Below, in pieces: positions 27,466-34,044 of a DNA stretch of 64,000 nucleotides. This DNA comes from Thermoanaerobaculia bacterium (GTDB taxonomy: Bacteria > Acidobacteriota > Thermoanaerobaculia > Gp7-AA8), in assembly GCA_036398925.1 (NCBI GenBank), contig DASWOB010000071.1, positions 8,425-72,424 of the forward strand, given 5' to 3'. The notes beneath the pieces were generated by a model, which saw only the letters and a program-made list of their open reading frames with translations, made no database searches and was not told where the DNA came from. Position 1 is the first letter of the stretch; each line of letters begins with the position of its first letter. Made by a program: the position numbers and the translations under genes.

Positions 27466-29715
27466 TTAACGCAAAGGTCCGATGGTGGTCTCAGGTATGG
27501 CGGAGCAGCCGTTGCCGAGTGCAGCGGCGTCGAACGCGGCGGCATAACGCCCTTCCGCGAACATCGAAGAGATGACCCAGCCCTGGTTCGCGGTTTTCTC
27601 GCGGGTCTGAACCGAGAGATCCAGGTACATCCAGCCGGCCACGTCGCCCGACTGTAGCGGCGGGAAGAAGTCGGCCTGTGAGGCGATCCGCCCCGTCACC
27701 GGCAGCGTGTACTCGCGCGGCACGCCCGGGAAGTGGGTCTGCGGGATGTGGACGGTCGGATTCTCGCGCTCATCGAAGCGTACGAGCTCGCCCACCCTGG
27801 TCCGGCCGTTCTCGGCGTACGACGCGCACGCGCCGCGGGCCGGCGTCGTCGGCTCGTGCCACACCAGAAAGTCGGTGAGGAATCCTGACGTGCCCCCCTG
27901 AATGTAGCGCGCCGCAAAGGATGATGGCAGCGGCTGGCGCCGATCGCGTCCCGTCCCGCCGTAGAAGCGGCTGTAGAACGTGCGCGGCAGTGCCCCTTCA
28001 GCGTTCGCGCGGATGTGCACCATCGCATTGCCGGCCGCGTAATTGCCGAGGGCCGGATTCGGCTGCACGTGCTGCCAGTCGCCGGTCAGGACGTTGTCGA
28101 AGCGGAGGTCGGCCAGCGCCTCGAGCTCGTTCGGCGATCGGCCGGAGCAGTTGCCGACCACGTCGATCGTCGCATAGCCGATGGCGTACGCGTGCGCATT
28201 ACCGATGCTCTCGCTCCCGCAGGCGCCGGCGAAGCGGCCGGTCGTCAGCGCGCTGCGAACGTCGTTCAGCAGCGACGCCGGAATGGTCCGCGGTAGCCCG
28301 TCGCACTCGCCGGGCAAGCGCCCACCGGTCAGCAGCTCGCGCAGGTTGATCGGCTCCGCGTCGTAACCGGAGAGCAGCATGTCGAAAGTCAGCACCGGAT
28401 AGGCGCGGTCGGTCCAGAGGGTCACCCGGGCGATGCGCGACTCATTGCTGGTATTGATGACCGTGAAGAGCGTCGTCGGCGCCACCGTCGGCGGCGCTGT
28501 GACATCGGCTTCGAAGAAGGGGAGCAGGAGCGTCGCCGCCGGAAGCTGGGCGACGTCGCACGAATCGTCGGCGCGGACGGGGCCGATCGGCGCGGGCTCT
28601 CGCGGCGCGCAGCCGTTGCCGAGCGGCGTGGCGTCGATGCCGGTCGCATAGCGGCCCTCCGCGCTCATCCGTGTCACCACCCATCCCTGACGGCCGAGGT
28701 CGAGGTACATCCAGCCGCCGACCTCGTTGCCACGCGGCGGAAAGAGCTCGCTGGCCGTGTGCACGCTGGCAGCGACCGGAAGCGAGACCGTGGAGAGTTG
28801 CTCGGTCGCATCACCCTCCTCGTCGAAACGGACCACATCGCCGAGTGGGCCGGCCTCTTCGCGCCAGACGATCAACTCCGTGTCGAAGGAGGCTGCCCCT
28901 CCTTCCGTGAAGCGCGCGGCGAAGCTCGACGGCAGCGGCTGCCGGCGATCGGTGCCGCGTCTTCCTTCCGGCAGGAGGCGGTCGTAGAAGGTGAGCGGCA
29001 GCGACGAGACGGTGGCGGCTCCGGCAGGACCACCCTCCGGAATGGCGCGCAGATGAACGGCCGCACTGCCGCCGGCGTAATTACCGGCAGGCGGATTCGG
29101 CGAGATGATCTGCCAGTCGCCGATCAGCACGTTGTCGTACAGCAGCCCATCCCAATACCCTTCCTCGGCTGGTGTCCGCGCGGTGCAGGTGGCGCTGACG
29201 TCGATAGTGACGTAGCCGGTCAGATGACGTCCGTCCCTCAACGCGGTCTGCAGTTCCGCCAGCAGCGCCGGCGGCAGGTTCACCGGCACCACCCCGCGTG
29301 CGCAGTTCGCCGCGGCGGAGGGGAGGAATCGCGGATTGGCGCTGTTTGCGAGCGATCGCGACCCGGGCGTGGTCGCATTCGACGTTCCGAAGTCGGGAGC
29401 GATGATGCCGCGCCGGAGGACGTCCAACAGGTTGATGGCCTGCACGTCGTAGCCGGTCAGAAAGATCGGGAAGGTCAGCAGCGGCCGGCCGCTGCTCGTC
29501 CAGATGGTCACGCTCGCGATCTGCGGTGTGTTGGTGACGTTCGTGACCGTGAAGACCGTCGTCCGCGCGTTGATGAGGCGCTCGGTGGCGTCCACCTCGA
29601 AGTACGGCACCAGCAACGTCGCTGCCGGCATGACCGCGATCTCGCAGCTCGTGTCGTTCTCCGTCTGGGCGAAGAGCGGAAGCGCGAGCGCGAGGACGAT
29701 CAGCAGTCGTTTCAT
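27466..29715 (-). CDS. Secreted two-module PYFEV-module protein, paralog D
   Basis: Start at the internal Met MKRLLIVLALALPLFAQ, 1 nt after the paralog E stop. Module 1 is shortened (lacks the NNGGS segment). Module 2 starts at SCDVAQLPAATLLLPFFEAD. Confidence 0.9.
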   Translation of the reverse strand: MKRLLIVLALALPLFAQTENDTSCEIAVMPAATLLVPYFEVDATERLINARTTVFTVTNVTNTPQIASVTIWTSSGRPLLTFPIFLTGYDVQAINLLDVLRRGIIAPDFGTSNATTPGSRSLANSANPRFLPSAAANCARGVVPVNLPPALLAELQTALRDGRHLTGYVTIDVSATCTARTPAEEGYWDGLLYDNVLIGDWQIISPNPPAGNYAGGSAAVHLRAIPEGGPAGAATVSSLPLTFYDRLLPEGRRGTDRRQPLPSSFAARFTEGGAASFDTELIVWREEAGPLGDVVRFDEEGDATEQLSTVSLPVAASVHTASELFPPRGNEVGGWMYLDLGRQGWVVTRMSAEGRYATGIDATPLGNGCAPREPAPIGPVRADDSCDVAQLPAATLLLPFFEADVTAPPTVAPTTLFTVINTSNESRIARVTLWTDRAYPVLTFDMLLSGYDAEPINLRELLTGGRLPGECDGLPRTIPASLLNDVRSALTTGRFAGACGSESIGNAHAYAIGYATIDVVGNCSGRSPNELEALADLRFDNVLTGDWQHVQPNPALGNYAAGNAMVHIRANAEGALPRTFYSRFYGGTGRDRRQPLPSSFAARYIQGGTSGFLTDFLVWHEPTTPARGACASYAENGRTRVGELVRFDERENPTVHIPQTHFPGVPREYTLPVTGRIASQADFFPPLQSGDVAGWMYLDLSVQTREKTANQGWVISSMFAEGRYAAAFDAAALGNGCSAIPETTIGPLR

Positions 29716-29716
29716 C

Positions 29717-32185
29717 TCAGTGTGGTCCGATCGGGTTCTGTGCGTCGCTCTTGGGCCGCAGTGGCGCGCAACCATTGCCGAGCGAGGTCGCGTCGAACGC
29801 CACCGCGTACCGTCCCTCGGCGTGCATCGTCGTCACCACCCAACCCTGCGACGGGCCGGCCTGCTGGTCGAGGCGCGCCAGGTTGATGTACATCCATCCC
29901 GCCACGTCTCCTGATTCGAGGAGAGGAAAGAGGCTGTCGGACGTCCGCACGCGCGTCGTGGCGGCGAGTTTGGGATGATGGTATTCGGGCGGCAGCGGGA
30001 CAATGATCGACGGTGACCAGGTGGTCGGGTTCTCGCGCTCGTCGAAGCGGACGTTCTCGATGTACGGCATCGCGCTGTTCTTCGCGAAATCGCGACAGCT
30101 GGCGCTGCTCCCCGTCGTCCCGTCCATCCAGATCACGAAGTCGGTGAGGAATCCCGCCGAGCCTCCCTGGATGTAGCGGGCGGCGAACGCGGCCGGCAGT
30201 GGCTGCCGCCGATCGCGCCGGTGGCCGGTGAGGCGCTCGTAGAACGTGTGCGGAAGGTCTGCGGCCGTCTGGCCGCTCACCGCCCGGATGTGCACGAGCG
30301 GACTGCCGTACGCCTGGTTGCCGGTGGCCGGATTCGGGTCGACGTACTGGTAATCGCCGGTCAGAACGTTGTCGAACGCCAGCTCGTCGTGCGTGCCCGG
30401 CGCCTTCGCCGAGCAGGTCGAGACGAGGTCGATCGTCACATAGCCGGCCGCTTTGAGGTGCGTTCCGCCGATGCGCGTCGTTCCGCAGGATCCCGTCAGT
30501 CCCATGCGCAGCGCGCGCGTCACGTCCTCCCGCGCCGCCGGCGGCAGCGAAGCGGGGAGGCTCTCGCAGCCGCCGATCTCGCCGAACGAGCGCACGCCCC
30601 GCGGCGAGACCGCCGAGCCGGTCGCAGGGAGGCGGCCATCCACCAGCACGTCGCGCAGGTTGATGGCCTGCACGTCGTAGCCGGTCAGGTAGATGTCGAA
30701 CGTCAGCAGCGGATACGACCAGTCGGTCCAGACGGTCGCGCGTGCGATGCGCGGTGCGTTGGTGGTGTTCGTGACGGTGAAGAGGGTCGTCGCGGCGACG
30801 TTCGGCGGCGCGTCGACGTCGACCTCGAAGCGGGGGAGCAGCAACGTCGCCGCGGGAAGGAGCGCGATGTCGCACGAGTCGTCGGACGGCGTCGGCGCGA
30901 TCGGCCGGATCTGCGCACCGACGGTCTGCATGGCCGGACTGGGCGGCGCGGGCGTGCAGCCGTTGCCCATGGCCGTCACCTCGATGCCGGTGGAGTAACG
31001 CCCCTCCGCCTTCATCCGGCTCATCATCCAGGCCTGGCTCTGACGCCGGCCGCGCACGCTGCTCGAATCGCTGATCAGGTCGACGCCCGGAGCCACGCCG
31101 TACGCGGGCGAGCCGCCGTTGTTGAGATTGACGTACATCCACCCGCCGACGTCGTTCGTCAGCGGCGGAAAGATGTCCGCTGCCGTGCGGACACTGGCGA
31201 CGACCGGCAGCGAGCTCACATGCGTCTGTACGGTAGGATTTTCCCGTTCGTCTAGTCGCACCACTTCGGCGAAGACCGTCTCGTTCGTCTCCAGCTCACT
31301 GCAGTTGCGCGGCGCGCCGCTCATCCCCTCGCGCCAGATCACGAGCTCGGTCTCGAACGCCCCTCCCTCGATGTAGCGCGCGGCGAACGTCGACGGCAGC
31401 GGCTGGCGGCGATCGCGGCGTCCGCTCAGCCGGTCGTAAAACGTGAACGGCAGCGTCGTCTCGGCCGGCATCGCCCGCAGATGCACCATCGGAACGCCGG
31501 CCGCGTAATTTCCGGTGACCGGATTCGGCGAGATGAGCGCCCAATCGCCGGTCAGCACGTTGTCATGGAGCAGTTGATCCCAGTAGTAGCCGGGGTCGAT
31601 CGGCGACAGCAGGAGGCACGTCGACACGACGTCGATGGTGATGTAGCCGATGGTCAGGCCGTTGCTCGCCGGGATCGCCACCGCATGATCACCGCATCCC
31701 GTGACCCGCCCCTTCTCGAATCCATTGCGCACGTCGCCGAGCAGCGACGGCGGAATGGTGAGCGGCATCGACGTGCGCGAGCACGACTCCTGCGCCGACA
31801 GCAGAAACTTCGGATTGGCGCTGTTCGCCAGCGAGCGCGATCCCGGCGTCGTCGCGTTCGACGTGCCGAGGGTGGGCGCGATCAGGCCGCCCACCAGAAT
31901 GTCGTACACGTTCAGCGCCTGCACGTCGTAGCCGGTCAGGAAAACCGGAAAGTTCAGCAGGGGATGATCGAGATTCGTCCAGAGCGTCACGTTCGCGATC
32001 TGCGGCGACTGGGAGACGTTCACGATCGTGAAGACCGTCGTCCTGGCCTGTGTGATCGGACGCCCGAGCTCCACCTCGAAGTACGGCACCAGCAGCGTCG
32101 CCGCCGGCTGCATCGCGATGTCGCAGACGTCCTGGGCAAAGGTGGGCACCGCGAGGAGAAGGAGCAGTAGCGCGACGATCCGCAT
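29717..32185 (-). CDS. Secreted two-module PYFEV-module protein, paralog E
   Basis: Signal peptide MRIVALLLLLLAVPTFAQ. Modules start at VCDIAMQPAATLLVPYFEVE and SCDIALLPAATLLLPRFEVD. Ends ...SLGNGCAPLRPKSDAQNPIGPH. Confidence 0.92.
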   Translation of the reverse strand: MRIVALLLLLLAVPTFAQDVCDIAMQPAATLLVPYFEVELGRPITQARTTVFTIVNVSQSPQIANVTLWTNLDHPLLNFPVFLTGYDVQALNVYDILVGGLIAPTLGTSNATTPGSRSLANSANPKFLLSAQESCSRTSMPLTIPPSLLGDVRNGFEKGRVTGCGDHAVAIPASNGLTIGYITIDVVSTCLLLSPIDPGYYWDQLLHDNVLTGDWALISPNPVTGNYAAGVPMVHLRAMPAETTLPFTFYDRLSGRRDRRQPLPSTFAARYIEGGAFETELVIWREGMSGAPRNCSELETNETVFAEVVRLDERENPTVQTHVSSLPVVASVRTAADIFPPLTNDVGGWMYVNLNNGGSPAYGVAPGVDLISDSSSVRGRRQSQAWMMSRMKAEGRYSTGIEVTAMGNGCTPAPPSPAMQTVGAQIRPIAPTPSDDSCDIALLPAATLLLPRFEVDVDAPPNVAATTLFTVTNTTNAPRIARATVWTDWSYPLLTFDIYLTGYDVQAINLRDVLVDGRLPATGSAVSPRGVRSFGEIGGCESLPASLPPAAREDVTRALRMGLTGSCGTTRIGGTHLKAAGYVTIDLVSTCSAKAPGTHDELAFDNVLTGDYQYVDPNPATGNQAYGSPLVHIRAVSGQTAADLPHTFYERLTGHRRDRRQPLPAAFAARYIQGGSAGFLTDFVIWMDGTTGSSASCRDFAKNSAMPYIENVRFDERENPTTWSPSIIVPLPPEYHHPKLAATTRVRTSDSLFPLLESGDVAGWMYINLARLDQQAGPSQGWVVTTMHAEGRYAVAFDATSLGNGCAPLRPKSDAQNPIGPH

Positions 32186-32389
32186 GTCACCGCAATCTAT
32201 GTTGCGATGGCATAAAGATCAAGGTTTCGGGGAGCTCGGATACGCATTGTACGTGATGGTCCCCGGTGCGCTGCAGCCGTTGCCGGCAGCGGAGAGCCGG
32301 CGGGTATGCCTTTACACCATGATCCGTAAAGGTCATCAGTGACCTCTGAAGCTCTGTCCCCCACCTGCGATCTGGTTCGTTTCGAATCC

Positions 32390-32830
32390 GGGCGTCCTTC
32401 GAAAAGGACACCGCCCTCGTAAATCATCAGAGCTGTGTCCTTCGAGAGAGACACCGCCTGTTGAATCACAACGGCTGCCTCGTTCGAGAAGGAGACCGTC
32501 CTCGTAAATCATCAGGGCTGCCTCGTTCGAGAAGGAGACCGCCCTCGTAAATCACCAGGGCTGCCTCGTTCGAGAAGGACACCACCCCGTAAATCATCAG
32601 GGCTGCCTCGTTCGAGAAGGACACCGTCCTCGTAAATCATCAGGGCTGCCTCGTTCGAGAAGGAGCCCGTCCTCGTAAATCATCAGGGCTGCCTCGTTCG
32701 AGAAGGACACCGCCCTTGTAAATCATCAGGGCTGCCTCGTTCGAGAAGGACACCGTTCTCGTAAATCATCAGGGCTGCCTCGTTCGAGAAGGACACCGCC
32801 CTCGTAAATCATCAGAGCGGTCTCGTTCAC
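32390..32830. repeat. 43-bp tandem repeat array (about 8 well-conserved plus 2-3 degenerate units), non-coding
   Basis: The unit GGCTGCCTCGTTCGAGAAGGACACCGCCCTCGTAAATCATCAG repeats head-to-tail (one unit is 42 bp). There are no unique spacers. The period is not a multiple of 3 and stops occur in all frames. Confidence 0.95.
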
Positions 32831-32883
32831 CCGCGAGCGGTGACATCGAAAAGCCCTGTCCCCCAGCAGTCCCAGCCACTCCG

Positions 32884-32985
32884 TTTGTCATCCTGAACGA
32901 AGTGAAGGACCCCCTCCCCACAGGCGAATACGCATGGTGCATCGCTCATGGGGAGGGGGTCCTTCACTTCGTTCAGGATGACAAA
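32884..32985. repeat. Perfect 37-bp inverted repeat (large hairpin/cruciform)
   Basis: TTTGTCATCCTGAACGAAGTGAAGGACCCCCTCCCCA, then a 28-nt loop, then the exact reverse complement. Confidence 0.95.
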
Positions 32986-33183
32986 GCGGGGGGGAGGGAG
33001 GACGCGTGAAGGGGACGACACTCCAGGTCGCGCTGCTGCCAAACCGCCTCACCGCTGCCGCACGACCGCAACGTCCGGACCTCGGAAGACTTCCGGCCAA
33101 TTCCGGCCAATTCCAAACTTCCGCACCCTCACATCAGGGTGGGGTGGAAGCCCACACCATACGGCGGAGCAGTTCGGATCGGA

Positions 33184-34044
33184 TCAGGGCGTGAAAATGC
33201 CGACGTCGTTCGTCACGCTGGTCGACGACAGCACCGCCCACCAACGCAGCGCATCCGAATCGGGCTCGATCTCGATGCGCAGCGAGGTCTCGCCGCCGCC
33301 GATGAAATCGAAAAGCTGCGCCGTGGCCGGCAGGTAGCCGGCCGCTGGAAGATCGCAGCCGCCGAAGCAGGGCGCGACCGCTCCGGTGGGCGGGTCGAGC
33401 GTGAGCGTGGTCGTCGACAGCAGCGTCTCTTCGGCCGTTTGCCGCGCCGAGCGGATGTCGTACACCCGCACCGTCACCCGCGCCCCTTGCGCCGTTTCCG
33501 GCAGGGCGTAGATCCGCAGCGCGTAGCGCGAGCCGCTCACCTTCGGCACCGACAGGATGCTGCGCGTGCCGCGAAGGAACTCCCCCTCCGGCACCGCACG
33601 CAACTGCGCGGGCGCCGCCGCCTTCGGCGATCCGAACGTCACCCAGTTCAACGACCCGCCGATCGTCACCTGGTCGATCGCCGCCGTCTCGACGTAGAGG
33701 AACGCCCCCGGCCTGTCGCTGACGATCGGAACCGATGGCGGCACCAGAGGCGACGGAATCACGTCACCGGCGTGACAGAGCATCGTCCGCTCCGGCGGCA
33801 GCGCCGGCTTCCCGATGATCGACACGCCCGGTCCGGGGAGCGGCAGTCCGCACATCCAGGCCAGCGGAAAAACGTCGGCCGCGCTCTTTCCCTCATTGCG
33901 GAAATGCCACTGCACCGTCCAGCCACCATACGACGCGCTGACCGATCGATGCACCGGCAGCAGCACGCGCGTGTAGTCGGCCGGATTGCGTTGGGCGAAC
34001 GCGTTGACCGCGAAGAGCATCACCAGCAGCATGCGTTTCATCAT
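33184..34044 (-). CDS. Hypothetical secreted protein translationally coupled to the Ser/Thr kinase
   Basis: Start at MMKRMLLVMLFAVNAFAQ (signal peptide). ATGA overlap with the kinase stop. 286 aa, beta-rich. The remaining N-terminal part of ORF 33184..35277 overlaps the kinase gene out of frame. Confidence 0.75.
   Translation of the reverse strand: MMKRMLLVMLFAVNAFAQRNPADYTRVLLPVHRSVSASYGGWTVQWHFRNEGKSAADVFPLAWMCGLPLPGPGVSIIGKPALPPERTMLCHAGDVIPSPLVPPSVPIVSDRPGAFLYVETAAIDQVTIGGSLNWVTFGSPKAAAPAQLRAVPEGEFLRGTRSILSVPKVSGSRYALRIYALPETAQGARVTVRVYDIRSARQTAEETLLSTTTLTLDPPTGAVAPCFGGCDLPAAGYLPATAQLFDFIGGGETSLRIEIEPDSDALRWWAVLSSTSVTNDVGIFTP

Noticed and set aside
21315-32170. Long plus-strand ORFs opposite the PYFEV-module genes (21315..22817, 22670..24046, 25252..27072, 28759..29886, 30221..31255, 31481..32170)
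   Set aside because: They are antisense shadows in GC-rich DNA. The signal peptides, cysteine pattern and eight-fold motif conservation all belong to the minus-strand frames.
32390-32830. Tandem array considered as a CRISPR locus
   Set aside because: The whole 43-bp unit repeats with no unique spacers between conserved repeats. No cas genes are present in the window.
32827-33337. Small ORFs crossing the 37-bp inverted repeat (32827..33042, 32888..33100, 32948..33337, 33006..33194)
   Set aside because: They are mirror-image translations of a palindrome and REP sequence (for example ...HPERSEGP...). This is typical repeat-derived pseudo-ORF content.
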